This document shows positions 45,718-55,248 of a stretch of 62,765 bases of DNA, in pieces. The stretch's first letter is position 1. Every line of letters begins with the position of its first letter. The stretch is from positions 1 through 62,765 of IMG/VR virus record IMGVR_UViG_3300030098_005334; one strand, written 5' to 3'. The stretch comes from a virus. Lineage: Duplodnaviria; Caudoviricetes. Made by a program: the position numbers and the translations under genes. A model generated the notes under the pieces. It saw only the letters and a list, made by a program, of their open reading frames with translations. It was not told the origin of the DNA and ran no database searches.

Positions 45718-45997
45718 ATTCTTTGGGGTCGAGGTTGTCAGGATCTAATCTCTTACTCTGGAAATCTATTTCATCCTGCGTAAGATATTGATCACCTTTA
45801 ACAAAAGGTGCAGGTAATGAATCAGGTTCAACTAATTCAGCATTTATTCTAGACCCTGCCATACGTCTAGGTTCTCTTGATCTTAAAAACTTTTCTAAAT
45901 TAGTACTACCTGCTCTATCTAATAACTCTCTAGTACGCCATTTATGAGGACGTGCTCCTAATCTGTATCCGACTCTAGTGGTAGGACGGATTGACAT
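45710..45997 (-). CDS. Hypothetical protein
   Basis: 95-aa ORF. Confidence 0.55.
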   Translation of the reverse strand: MSIRPTTRVGYRLGARPHKWRTRELLDRAGSTNLEKFLRSREPRRMAGSRINAELVEPDSLPAPFVKGDQYLTQDEIDFQSKRLDPDNLDPKEYG

Positions 45998-46342
45998 TTA
46001 TACAGCTGCTATTGCGAAGGTTACCGTGGCATCTGTTCCACCATCTTCACTTACAAAAACTGGTTTTAAGAATTTTACAGGATGATCTGCTACTTTATAC
46101 GTGCTTGTACCATTACTAGTTATTGTTTGATTACTAATTAAGGTTGCAAAATTTGTACCATCAATACTGCCATCAAGTCGAACAACAACATTATTATTTT
46201 TACTTGCTACTGTGACAAATAAAGAATATGTCCTTGTAGAAAAAGTATTGTTTACAGCTACCTGTAGACTATCCGTTCCCCCTGGTGCAGATAAAGTATC
46301 AAAGGTATTAAATATAGTGTCCTGAAAGTAAGTAATCGCCAT
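45998..46342 (-). CDS. Small beta-sandwich virion protein
   Basis: VRLDGSIDGTNF motif. Confidence 0.65.
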   Translation of the reverse strand: MAITYFQDTIFNTFDTLSAPGGTDSLQVAVNNTFSTRTYSLFVTVASKNNNVVVRLDGSIDGTNFATLISNQTITSNGTSTYKVADHPVKFLKPVFVSEDGGTDATVTFAIAAV

Positions 46343-46391
46343 TGTTGAAGATAAGTCTTAAGTATAAGAATAACAGGAAAAAACGTGACGA

Positions 46392-46871
46392 CTATCGATG
46401 AATCGTCTCAAGTAAAAGTCTGGTACCAACAGCTACGTCAGCTGGACCTGGTAAAGCTTGTATGAATTCTGCACCCTCTCTATTGAATCTATATCGTGCT
46501 TGCTCTGGGTTTCTATAGTTTGGCACATATAGATGCGTTGCTAAACGATCTGTTTCATAAATATAAATTTGAGTCCATGTTTTTAAAGTTGCACTAAAGT
46601 CAGAAGTTGAAACTGTACGATCAACATCACCAGCAATACTCTCAATCCTGTTCTTAGGTGCTAGATCATTATTCACGCTACCTGTCATATCAGTTCTTTT
46701 CTCGGCTTCATCGCATCTTCCTATCTGTTCAACTATTTTACTGAACCAAAAGGAGTCTTGGATATTATTCATCGCTTCTTCTAAACGACCTTGGTCGCCA
46801 GCAGGAACCGAAGTTAAGTTGTAACCTAAGTGCCACCGCACTTTAGATTGCGTAAAGTTATCAAGCTTCAT
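46392..46871 (-). CDS. Putative head-tail adaptor
   Basis: KVRWHLGY N-terminus; position downstream of the capsid genes. Confidence 0.55.
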   Translation of the reverse strand: MKLDNFTQSKVRWHLGYNLTSVPAGDQGRLEEAMNNIQDSFWFSKIVEQIGRCDEAEKRTDMTGSVNNDLAPKNRIESIAGDVDRTVSTSDFSATLKTWTQIYIYETDRLATHLYVPNYRNPEQARYRFNREGAEFIQALPGPADVAVGTRLLLETIHR

Positions 46872-46894
46872 TAACTACTTAACAAGTCGTATAG

Positions 46895-47335
46895 CTAGTC
46901 TACTCGAACCAAGTTCTCTTTAAATATCTCATCCCAATCAACTCTTTTAATTGCTTTTAATTGTTCTAATTTTTGAAATCTTTCTCCAGAACAAGAAGTT
47001 TGTAAATCTTTTATATCTCTAGCAGTCTTCAAACCAACGCCAGGTAAAGCATCTGCAATTTGTCTTGCACTTGCATTATTGATATTTATTCTATGATCTA
47101 TGGGGAAAGTATCTTTTGCTGACAGTGTTGGAGGGTTGACACCATCTGCTTTCAATTCAGCCGTATATTTCTCTTCATTTTTTGCTTTTTCATTTGTGGC
47201 ACCTACATGAGGCATTAGATCTTCTTCATCAGCATAAATAACTTCTTCATTAGCATCAAGGCACATTTTTATACCTTCACCATGCTGAGATATAACTTCG
47301 ACTAAACCACCCGTTGGTTTGTACTGATACAACAT
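46895..47335 (-). CDS. ComEA-like helix-hairpin-helix DNA-binding protein
   Basis: RININNASARQIADALPGVGLKTARDI...FQKLEQL. Confidence 0.8.
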   Translation of the reverse strand: MLYQYKPTGGLVEVISQHGEGIKMCLDANEEVIYADEEDLMPHVGATNEKAKNEEKYTAELKADGVNPPTLSAKDTFPIDHRININNASARQIADALPGVGLKTARDIKDLQTSCSGERFQKLEQLKAIKRVDWDEIFKENLVRVD

Positions 47336-47390
47336 AACTTAATTGTTTAACCTTTGCTTAGCATACCAGTGTCCACCTTTGATTACAACT

Positions 47391-47489
47391 TCATTGTGGA
47401 TGGTTAGGATGTGAGTTACCCATAAACATCCCGATAAAAGCCAAAGTAATACCAGTAATTAACAAAACAGTGATTAGTTGCATGCCCAT
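47391..47489 (-). CDS. Small membrane peptide, 32 aa
   Basis: Manual translation MGMQLITVLLITGITLAFIGMFMGNSHPNHPQ. Confidence 0.4.
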   Translation of the reverse strand: MGMQLITVLLITGITLAFIGMFMGNSHPNHPQ

Positions 47490-47513
47490 AATTTATTCAA
47501 ATGAATTATAGGC

Positions 47514-47544
47514 AAAATAAAAAGCGAGCCACAAGGACCCGCTT
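47514..47544 (-). terminator. Intrinsic terminator after the capsid operon
   Basis: Minus strand AAGCGGGTC-cttgt-GGCTCGCTT followed by TTTATTTT. Confidence 0.75.
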
Positions 47545-47566
47545 AATATTTGTTATGAATACAGAA

Positions 47567-48382
47567 TCAGCTATCAGTTCCGCCTACTTGAGAAGCAAAA
47601 TCAATAAATGTCTGAATATCACCCCATGACACACTAGCTGCAGGACGGATGTAGTTTACACGTGCAAGCAAGTATGCAGCACGACCAGCATCAGAGTCGT
47701 CTTGGCTAATGTTTACGCCATCACCAGTAATTGTGGTGTTAGCAACAGCATTCAAGTTGTAGATCTTAAATGTTGTGTCAGCTGTAACTTTATACAGCAT
47801 GGAGTTAGCAGCATCACCAGCAGCAATTGTGCTAGTAACACTTGACCAGAAAGGAATCTTAGCAGCTGTTACAGCACCTGTTCCTTGAGCAACACCTGAA
47901 GCACCAATTGAAAGGCTTGATGACGCAGCCGCCAAACCATTTAATTGAGTACTAGGAATACCAAGAGGAGCACCACCGTTGTCAGGCCCTAAAAGAAGAA
48001 CCTCACCGTTAGTACCTTCAAGGTTTGCAGTAACAGGAGATGCAGGGAAGGATGGCTCTCCACCAGCAGGGATGTCTTGAGCTAATGCAATAGATGCACC
48101 ATAGACATATGCAGGACGGTCAGAAGAGGCTTGAACTACCAAGCTTGTACGATCATCACGTACACGATCATCAGGGCGGCGATCAGGAGAAGGCACAGTC
48201 AAGCTGAAACTCTTGAAATTAGCCTTATCAGCTGCCAAGTTGCTAACTTTTGCAAACCCTATGAGTTCAAAAGCCTCAACACCAGGCCAGCCGAATACAC
48301 CCTCATCGTTGTAACCAGAAAGATTCTTTGTCTGATTACCTGGCTGAAGAATAGCTCCAGCGGAAGATTTGTAAGTTGCCAT
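47567..48382 (-). CDS. Structural protein (decoration or second major virion protein)
   Basis: Directly after the capsid gene; strong GGAGG RBS; followed by a terminator. Confidence 0.65.
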   Translation of the reverse strand: MATYKSSAGAILQPGNQTKNLSGYNDEGVFGWPGVEAFELIGFAKVSNLAADKANFKSFSLTVPSPDRRPDDRVRDDRTSLVVQASSDRPAYVYGASIALAQDIPAGGEPSFPASPVTANLEGTNGEVLLLGPDNGGAPLGIPSTQLNGLAAASSSLSIGASGVAQGTGAVTAAKIPFWSSVTSTIAAGDAANSMLYKVTADTTFKIYNLNAVANTTITGDGVNISQDDSDAGRAAYLLARVNYIRPAASVSWGDIQTFIDFASQVGGTDS

Positions 48383-48397
48383 TAGTTATTTACCTCC

Positions 48398-49543
48398 TTA
48401 CTCAGTTATGGTGAAGGCGGTTGTGATGAAGTCCTTGTTCAAGTTCGCAAAGCCAGCGTATAGCTGCCATATGAGAATAATGAACCGGCTAAAATCATCA
48501 TTATTATTAATGAGGACTTGAGCGTTTGGACCACCAATACCTACACCGATAGCCTGAGGACCGAAAAATAATCCAGCAGGAGTAGTCTTAGATACAGCAC
48601 CTGCACCGTCTCCGATGTTCGCTGTAATTGATTTGGCAGGGAAGTTGGTTGATTCGAAGAATCTTACTCCCTCGAACACGAATCCGGAGGGCATCACCGG
48701 CTCTCCAGCTACAAACTGGGCTTGGCCGTATTGACCACCTGCATATAGAGCTTGGTTAGGACCACCAGCACCCATTAGAGGGCTGCCTTGTCCCATGCCA
48801 GGGTAACGTGCAACTTCACGGAATCCTTGATCTGCTCTTAGATCCTTCATGAATGAAGGGTCAGCGATACAGCGATAGTATCCGTCACCAAATACTGGTA
48901 CATGACGCTTACGTAAACTCTTAACTACTTCAAGTAGGTCAGTTTTTACGTTGAACTTAAATCGTTCAGATGCGTACTCTGTAGCAGAATATGTTGCTAG
49001 TGTTGTGGCGTTAGTCTTAGCTTTACCGTTTGGATAGTAGTAACCACCCTGAGTATCGCTACTCTGACCACGCGATTCACTCTTGAATAGTTCATCAAGG
49101 AAGACTCTGTCTCTCCAACGACGATAATCATCTAAAAGAGTGAGCGATCCAATGCTCTGATGGAACATATTTAAGTTCCCAGTATCGAGCAAAAGTCGCT
49201 GTGCTGTCATCAAAGTCTCACGAGCAATCTTAAATGTGCTTGGGAGATTTGTGTTGTTTGGATCGGCTGGACCTGTGTACTCACGAAGAGATACAAGAAC
49301 CTTGTCCTTGACAATAGATCTGCTGTTTGCTGTACCTATGGTTTGATCCTGAGTACGCTCACGGCTAGTCTTTGTTCCAGGATTGCCGAAGAACCTGTAG
49401 CGGTCAAGTTGAACCGTCTGTCCAGGTTGTTTAGTGAAGTCATGTACAACTACTGGTTCAGTAGCCATCTCCACTACATACGCTGGATGGGGGCGATATA
49501 ATTCGGCTCCCAGCAGCTTCGGAAAATCGTTATCAATAAACAT
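48398..49543 (-). CDS. Major capsid protein
   Basis: 381 aa; terminase-portal-scaffold-capsid gene order; DFTKQPGQTVQL and DDFSRFI..IW patterns typical of HK97-fold MCPs. Confidence 0.8.
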   Translation of the reverse strand: MFIDNDFPKLLGAELYRPHPAYVVEMATEPVVVHDFTKQPGQTVQLDRYRFFGNPGTKTSRERTQDQTIGTANSRSIVKDKVLVSLREYTGPADPNNTNLPSTFKIARETLMTAQRLLLDTGNLNMFHQSIGSLTLLDDYRRWRDRVFLDELFKSESRGQSSDTQGGYYYPNGKAKTNATTLATYSATEYASERFKFNVKTDLLEVVKSLRKRHVPVFGDGYYRCIADPSFMKDLRADQGFREVARYPGMGQGSPLMGAGGPNQALYAGGQYGQAQFVAGEPVMPSGFVFEGVRFFESTNFPAKSITANIGDGAGAVSKTTPAGLFFGPQAIGVGIGGPNAQVLINNNDDFSRFIILIWQLYAGFANLNKDFITTAFTITE

Positions 49544-49667
49544 GTTGGTTTTTCAGCGCAAGAATTTGCTGATACCAGAGGAGCAAGTCCTCTACAGATG
49601 GAAAAAATATTCCATTGTAAAAATTATACCAAGGGTTTATCAATCTACTTATATAAGTCTACCTAAT

Positions 49668-49832
49668 TTATACGACGTTATATGGAGAATAATTAGTTGG
49701 AGGAACAGTGCCAATTCTGCCATAAGGATTTATATAGCCATCCTCTGGTTGTAAATCTGGTGTCTTACCTAGTTGATCTTCTTTCATCAACATAGATAAA
49801 ATGACTGCTTGTTTTGCTTTTGCAACGTCCAT
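49668..49832 (-). CDS. Small hypothetical protein, 54 aa
   Basis: Manual translation MDVAKAKQAVILSMLMKED...DGYINPYGRIG. Confidence 0.5.
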   Translation of the reverse strand: MDVAKAKQAVILSMLMKEDQLGKTPDLQPEDGYINPYGRIGTVPPTNYSPYNVV

Positions 49833-49837
49833 TTAAT

Positions 49838-49886
49838 TAAAAAAAATAAAATGGGGGTGGAGGTTTTTATTCCACTCACCCCCTTC
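49838..49886 (-). terminator. Hairpin + T-tract after the scaffold gene
   Basis: Minus strand GGGGGTG...GTGGA/TCCACCCCC followed by ATTTTATTTTTTT. Confidence 0.5.
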
Positions 49887-49890
49887 TTTA

Positions 49891-50895
49891 TTACTCCATC
49901 ACAAGGAGCTTTTGACGGAAGATCTCTGGGCTCTGCTGAGCTGCATTTAGATACTTCCAAGCATTCTGAGGATCTCTGTCAGCTAAGTTGCCAAAGCTAT
50001 TCCAGAACTCTTCAGGATTACCTTGCTGAGCTTGAGGCTGTGGAGGTGCAGGCATCTCTGGACGTGTTGGTGCAGGAGCTTGCTGTTGGAATTGCTGACC
50101 TACAAATCTTCCTTGTGGTGCTGGCTCTTCCATTTTGTCCACAGGATGAGGACCTTCTGGACCAAAGAACTCACAAGTGTAATCAGCTAATACGTCTGGA
50201 TTAGTAAGAATTTTTTCATAAGCTTTATGCTCATTAACTAATTCTCGTAGTAAACCAGTTGCTTCTTGTAATTGACTATTAGTATTTACTAATGAATCTT
50301 CAATCTGACAAGCATAGTTATTAAGTAATGCTGGAGCATCTGCACCAAAATGATTAATTACTTCAAGACTTGCTTCGCTTACCCCGTTTTGTCTTAGCTG
50401 ATCCGCTGTCACTTCCGTAGACATTTGGGAAGAGGCGTTGGAGTAACCCTGGCTGTTCCCGCTCGAAGGCATATATGTCTGCGCTGCCGGGTCGCTGTAC
50501 TGGGTTGTCGCTTGGGAACCGTAATTGGCCTGAACGCCTGAGGGGGTCGTTGTCGATTGTTGACCCTGGAACGGGAATTGGACTGGTGAACTCAGCAGGT
50601 TCACTACCTTGTCGAATGCGTCCCTGTATGGATTCTCCGCCTGCTGTGGCTGCGGCGCTTGCGGTGCCTGGTAGCCCGATGGAGTAGGGCTGTATTGGAT
50701 TCCCTGAACCCCCATCTGGGCTGGCGCTTGTGGAGCTGGTGCCGCCATCGGCTGGGCGCCCGCTGTCCACTGTGGTGTTGTTGCCACTGTTGGTGCCTGC
50801 GCTGCCGTTTGTGCTACCGGAGCCCCGGAGCTGATCGGCTGGGTCGGGGATACTTGGGGTGCCGATTGGATCGGCGCTGCGGTATCGGCCTGCAT
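49891..50895 (-). CDS. Putative scaffolding protein, Pro/Gln-rich
   Basis: Between portal and capsid; GAGGT RBS; low-complexity region plus coiled coil. Confidence 0.7.
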   Translation of the reverse strand: MQADTAAPIQSAPQVSPTQPISSGAPVAQTAAQAPTVATTPQWTAGAQPMAAPAPQAPAQMGVQGIQYSPTPSGYQAPQAPQPQQAENPYRDAFDKVVNLLSSPVQFPFQGQQSTTTPSGVQANYGSQATTQYSDPAAQTYMPSSGNSQGYSNASSQMSTEVTADQLRQNGVSEASLEVINHFGADAPALLNNYACQIEDSLVNTNSQLQEATGLLRELVNEHKAYEKILTNPDVLADYTCEFFGPEGPHPVDKMEEPAPQGRFVGQQFQQQAPAPTRPEMPAPPQPQAQQGNPEEFWNSFGNLADRDPQNAWKYLNAAQQSPEIFRQKLLVME

Positions 50896-52636
50896 AGGTT
50901 ACCTCTTTTTGTAAACTTTCGAGTGTACGATATAAAAATGGAGTGAGATTTAATCTCGGATCTGCAGCAATCGGTAAATTCGGCTGCTGCGGATGAGGCG
51001 TTCTCATTTCTTGATTGACTAAGTCAATAAGACCTGAGTAAGCCCTCTGTAGTTCCCCAACAACTCTGAACGGAAATCCTGATAACATACCAGCAATTTC
51101 GTCGTCAGTTTTAGATGGGAATAAATACTTCAGTGCTTCTATGCTATCAACGCCTAATTCTTGTAGGTTTCTTACGAAGATAGATTGATTCAATTTATCT
51201 TGTGCAGTATCCTCATAAACTGGACCCATCCAACGCCATAAAACAGTTCTATCTCCATCTGGAGCTAATCCTAAAACACCGACAGGAACCTCTCCTGATC
51301 TAATAACTTCTTCAATTGTTTGATCTAATTTTTGCTCATACTTTGCTTTTGCCTCTTCATATTTTTTCATCGCTTTATCTTTATCTTCCTCATCAAGAGG
51401 AAATTCTGGATATTTTATACCTGTGGAAAACGCAAGTGATTTTCTAAATATTTGCTCTTCTTGGAAAATTATTAACTCGAAGCATTTACATACTCCATAT
51501 TGATATAACTGAAGACATTTCTTTTTAGCAGTAGCACTAACTCTTCCATAAGCAGATTTTATTTCAGTTGCAGTAACGTTCGTGATACTTAAATCATCAA
51601 TACCACCTAGAGCTAAACGTATCTCACTTCTTAATTGTTCTGAATATCTTGCTTGGTCTGTACTTACAGCATTAGGTGTAATAAAACCAACACGATCAGA
51701 TGGCTCTAAGTTTGCAATAACTCTCGGTACACGCATACCACTACCAGGTTTACCTAAATAACCTGGCTGCTGCCTTGTTATAGGGTCTTGTTTATATGTG
51801 GAGCTGGAGAGTAATGATTCAGAACCAAACCCTGATTGACTCGATATGCTAGGACGTTGTACTGCCCCATCAGAATCATTTTCTACAATATCCTGTTTTG
51901 GTCTAGATGATAAAAGAGTTGGGTTACCGAAGAAAGATAAGTTAGCTCTTATATTTTTAACCATCTCGTCATGAGCGATGATCTGATTAGCTAACATCTC
52001 AAATTCACCTGCTCCATCAGTTCCAAATGCGTCAGGGTTATTAAATACCTCAACACATGGAATGAATTGCATTGTATTTTTCACCACCGTCTTATTTAAC
52101 GTGGCTACTTCCATAACATCCTGATCAAAATTAATTTCTTGTTCAGTATGTGTTTCTTCTATTTCAAGAGGAGTGATCCTCAAACGCATGTATCTCTTAT
52201 CTGTATTTAAGCCTGTACCTCTAATACCTTTGTTGGATTTTACTTTGTAAGGATAAATTAGGATTACCTCTTCAAGTTCACCCTCTGGTGAATAATATGT
52301 TCTATAAGAATCCTTATCGAACCAGTAAATCCTGTAAGTCTTCTTAGTAGGTCTTATGTAGAACAGTCCTTTTCCATAGGCTAAAAATCTATCCCAAATT
52401 GAATCTAATCTTGCATCTAATTTATTGAATTTGATTACCTGTTGTATGAAATCAAATCTTTGTGTTCCAAAATTATCTTGTTGAGGGAAGAACTCCACAC
52501 CTTGGCGTATCCCAAACATTTTCATCTGGGATAAATGAGCATTAACCAGCATGGTGTCAGCTGGTCCTGTCCCATCTCTAGTTATGACCGAATTTAAAAT
52601 TCGATCCAGAACAGTTTTACTATTGCTGTCACTCAT
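50363..52636 (-). CDS. Portal protein with C-terminal extension overlapping the scaffold gene
   Basis: Directly downstream of the terminase; FIPCVEVFN...GAGEF portal-like segment; helical protein of fitting size. Confidence 0.75.
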   Translation of the reverse strand: MSDSNSKTVLDRILNSVITRDGTGPADTMLVNAHLSQMKMFGIRQGVEFFPQQDNFGTQRFDFIQQVIKFNKLDARLDSIWDRFLAYGKGLFYIRPTKKTYRIYWFDKDSYRTYYSPEGELEEVILIYPYKVKSNKGIRGTGLNTDKRYMRLRITPLEIEETHTEQEINFDQDVMEVATLNKTVVKNTMQFIPCVEVFNNPDAFGTDGAGEFEMLANQIIAHDEMVKNIRANLSFFGNPTLLSSRPKQDIVENDSDGAVQRPSISSQSGFGSESLLSSSTYKQDPITRQQPGYLGKPGSGMRVPRVIANLEPSDRVGFITPNAVSTDQARYSEQLRSEIRLALGGIDDLSITNVTATEIKSAYGRVSATAKKKCLQLYQYGVCKCFELIIFQEEQIFRKSLAFSTGIKYPEFPLDEEDKDKAMKKYEEAKAKYEQKLDQTIEEVIRSGEVPVGVLGLAPDGDRTVLWRWMGPVYEDTAQDKLNQSIFVRNLQELGVDSIEALKYLFPSKTDDEIAGMLSGFPFRVVGELQRAYSGLIDLVNQEMRTPHPQQPNLPIAADPRLNLTPFLYRTLESLQKEVTYAGRYRSADPIGTPSIPDPADQLRGSGSTNGSAGTNSGNNTTVDSGRPADGGTSSTSASPDGGSGNPIQPYSIGLPGTASAAATAGGESIQGRIRQGSEPAEFTSPIPVPGSTIDNDPLRRSGQLRFPSDNPVQRPGSADIYAFEREQPGLLQRLFPNVYGSDSGSAKTKRGKRSKS

Positions 52637-52652
52637 TGTTTTTAATTAAGAC

Positions 52653-52835
52653 TTATTCTTCAATGTTGTATCCAGCATGTATTCGTTTGAGGGTAATAAC
52701 TTCATCCTCGACTTCGCATTCAAACCTTTCATTTGGTTGGATAGATAAGTCGTGGCAAAGTTCATCGGGTAGAGGGATGACTACTGAACCGTAAGCATCT
52801 TGCTCGATCTCTAGCGTGTGGTAGCTGGTTGACAT
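52653..52835 (-). CDS. AbrB/MazE-family DNA-binding protein
   Basis: GSVVIPLPDELCHDLSIQPNERFECEVEDEVITLKR. Confidence 0.75.
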   Translation of the reverse strand: MSTSYHTLEIEQDAYGSVVIPLPDELCHDLSIQPNERFECEVEDEVITLKRIHAGYNIEE

Positions 52836-52863
52836 TGGGTAGTGTTCTTTCCAGTTTAAATCG

Positions 52864-54387
52864 TCAATACTCTAACTCTAGTTTTCCTCGGGTCATTAAT
52901 CCATTGCATAGCCATACCAGAGCATCTACACAATCATCATGTGAACTAACTCCAAAATTTACAATCTCATCTGTCAAAGGACCAAATTTTCTGTACTTAT
53001 TAAATATGATTTTACGTTGCTCAAAAAGACCCATTATGCCTCTAAAACGTGCAACTTTATCTCCTTTAAAACCTTTGACTGGATGCCAAATTAAGTTGTA
53101 TAAACCATGATCTCCTTGACATATTCTTCTAAAGTCGGCTTCCAAAGAAGCCTGATATGCCACAGCTTCTGACCAGATATCTACATTGCTACCAGTAGGA
53201 AAATAATTTTTTCCATCTGTATGAACTACCCCCCACTCCTCCATCATTTCCATTAATGCTTCTAATTTTTCAAGGTTACCCATAATTCTTAATCTCTTAC
53301 AATCAACGACATGTATCTTGTTCCCTATCCTCCCTCCCATAACAAAAACTGTGAAATCATTTTGTTCACGCACACCAGCAGACAAATCAACACCAACTCC
53401 TAATCTTTCAAAATCTGTTGATATATTTCCCTTTACAATTAAATCTGGTGATAAAGATAACTCACTAGTTTGTACAATTTGATTTTGATATTGAAAGCTA
53501 AAAGCAACTGGAGCTTGTCTTCTTCTATCTCTTAAATAATCTAAAGACCACATCTCAGGCCAGTATGAAATCTCATCACCTTCCTTATCTACCGTTATAG
53601 CTGATTGAACAATTTGAACCCAATCATTTGAAGGTATAAAAGTACTGTTATGAATGTCATCATGTCTGAAACGTGTACCTAAACAAATAGCTCTCGCACC
53701 TTCAAACATGGTTGGAACAATAACAGAGTTCCAGTTATCTTCCATAGCTTGGCGAATATCTTTATTTTTAATATCATCCGCACTCTTGATTGCGTCATCA
53801 ATTATGCAAAGATGAGATCTCTTAGAAGTAACAGCACCTTTTAAACCTGCACAACAAACCGTGAACTCCTCTTCACCAGTTGATTTAATACCTGCAAACT
53901 TCCAATCTATACTCCAATATTCATTAGAATTAATTCCTTTTGCTATCTTTACCGTTGGAAAAATTTCTCGATATATCTTGCTGTCTTCAATAATTCTTTT
54001 TATTGCAGCACTCTTAGGTCTTGCAACATCTACTGTGTAAGAAATATACAAAACCTTCAAAGGTTTTTTAGCTAAAGCATGTATTCCTACTGACCAAGCT
54101 GTATACAACCCTAGAATTGTGGATTTAGCACTTCCACGTGGGGCAAGAATATCTATATTCGGACCACCAATACCCACTAAACATTCACTATCCTCACCTG
54201 TACATAAATATTTGTGCCATTCAATGTGATGTCTTGCAGGCGGTTTGTCTCCAACAACCTCACAAAAATATGCGAAATCAGTTCTAGCTCGTTCAACATC
54301 TACAGAAGATGTTTTCTTAACTACTTGTTGTTTAGCTGCTGCTCTCGCAGTACGACGATAAACACTGTAGATACTTGTTCCTGCCAT
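52864..54387 (-). CDS. terL: Terminase large subunit
   Basis: APRGSAKST (Walker A); LCIIDD (Walker B); GTRFRHDD; YQNQ; GVDLS; HDDCVDA nuclease motif. Confidence 0.95.
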   Translation of the reverse strand: MAGTSIYSVYRRTARAAAKQQVVKKTSSVDVERARTDFAYFCEVVGDKPPARHHIEWHKYLCTGEDSECLVGIGGPNIDILAPRGSAKSTILGLYTAWSVGIHALAKKPLKVLYISYTVDVARPKSAAIKRIIEDSKIYREIFPTVKIAKGINSNEYWSIDWKFAGIKSTGEEEFTVCCAGLKGAVTSKRSHLCIIDDAIKSADDIKNKDIRQAMEDNWNSVIVPTMFEGARAICLGTRFRHDDIHNSTFIPSNDWVQIVQSAITVDKEGDEISYWPEMWSLDYLRDRRRQAPVAFSFQYQNQIVQTSELSLSPDLIVKGNISTDFERLGVGVDLSAGVREQNDFTVFVMGGRIGNKIHVVDCKRLRIMGNLEKLEALMEMMEEWGVVHTDGKNYFPTGSNVDIWSEAVAYQASLEADFRRICQGDHGLYNLIWHPVKGFKGDKVARFRGIMGLFEQRKIIFNKYRKFGPLTDEIVNFGVSSHDDCVDALVWLCNGLMTRGKLELEY

Positions 54388-54424
54388 GCACGTAGCATAG
54401 CCGAAGAATTTTTATTTACTTAAA

Positions 54425-54736
54425 TTAAGTAAGTAAATTGAGTATGTCTCCTGCATATTGAAGAGGTTTTAAACCGGGTACTAAACTACCTGCAACATTA
54501 CCTGCCAAATTAACAAGAGCACCATATTTGGCTAACTCTTCTTGTCTTTTTTGTATAGGTGTTCTTCTATCTGTAGGAGCAGTTGTCGGATTAAATACTA
54601 TTGCACCACGTGGTATGGGTCGCACAGGGTTAAAAATTATTGCCCCAGGAGGAGGTCCTTGTGGTGCAGGACCAAATGTTGTAGGAGTTGTTAACGATGA
54701 TATTGTTTGATTTAACAAATTCGATGTATTATACAT
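54425..54736 (-). CDS. Hypothetical Pro-rich protein
   Basis: 103-aa ORF with GAIIFNP/GAIVFNP repeat. Confidence 0.55.
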   Translation of the reverse strand: MYNTSNLLNQTISSLTTPTTFGPAPQGPPPGAIIFNPVRPIPRGAIVFNPTTAPTDRRTPIQKRQEELAKYGALVNLAGNVAGSLVPGLKPLQYAGDILNLLT

Positions 54737-54762
54737 CTTTCAAAATGTAATTAATAATTATT

Positions 54763-55248
54763 CTAACTCTCCTCTTGCAATATCTTTGTCCAAACTCCCA
54801 TTGATGCTTCTTGTAAAGGTCCTTCAATAGGATCATCACGAAAAATAGAAAGCATTTCTCTCAATGCCCTATCTGCTCCAGCTAATATCAATCCTTGTTT
54901 ATCCATCAATACCTTTTCGTCATTTAATTGTTTTATAGATCCACGTAATTCTTTTTGAAGCATTGCAATTCTTGCAGCTCCCATATCTTGTTTAACCATT
55001 CCCATATCTATTGCTTCCCGTAACTTTGATATATCTATCTGCATTGAATCTATTTCAGTTTCTAATACAGAAGTAAAATTCCTTTTTTTAAACTTTTTAG
55101 TAGACCAATCATCACATTCCACTATCGTCCCTTGGAACCCAAGAAAACGGGAATATAAATATATTTGAATAGGTGATGAAGTTTTTTTACAAAAAGCAGT
55201 GAAGGATTCTCTATCTTTGTCAGTTAGAGATTTGATCCATTCATTCAT
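54763..55248 (-). CDS. Helical protein, candidate terminase small subunit
   Basis: 161 aa upstream of terL; assignment rests on position only. Confidence 0.4.
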   Translation of the reverse strand: MNEWIKSLTDKDRESFTAFCKKTSSPIQIYLYSRFLGFQGTIVECDDWSTKKFKKRNFTSVLETEIDSMQIDISKLREAIDMGMVKQDMGAARIAMLQKELRGSIKQLNDEKVLMDKQGLILAGADRALREMLSIFRDDPIEGPLQEASMGVWTKILQEES

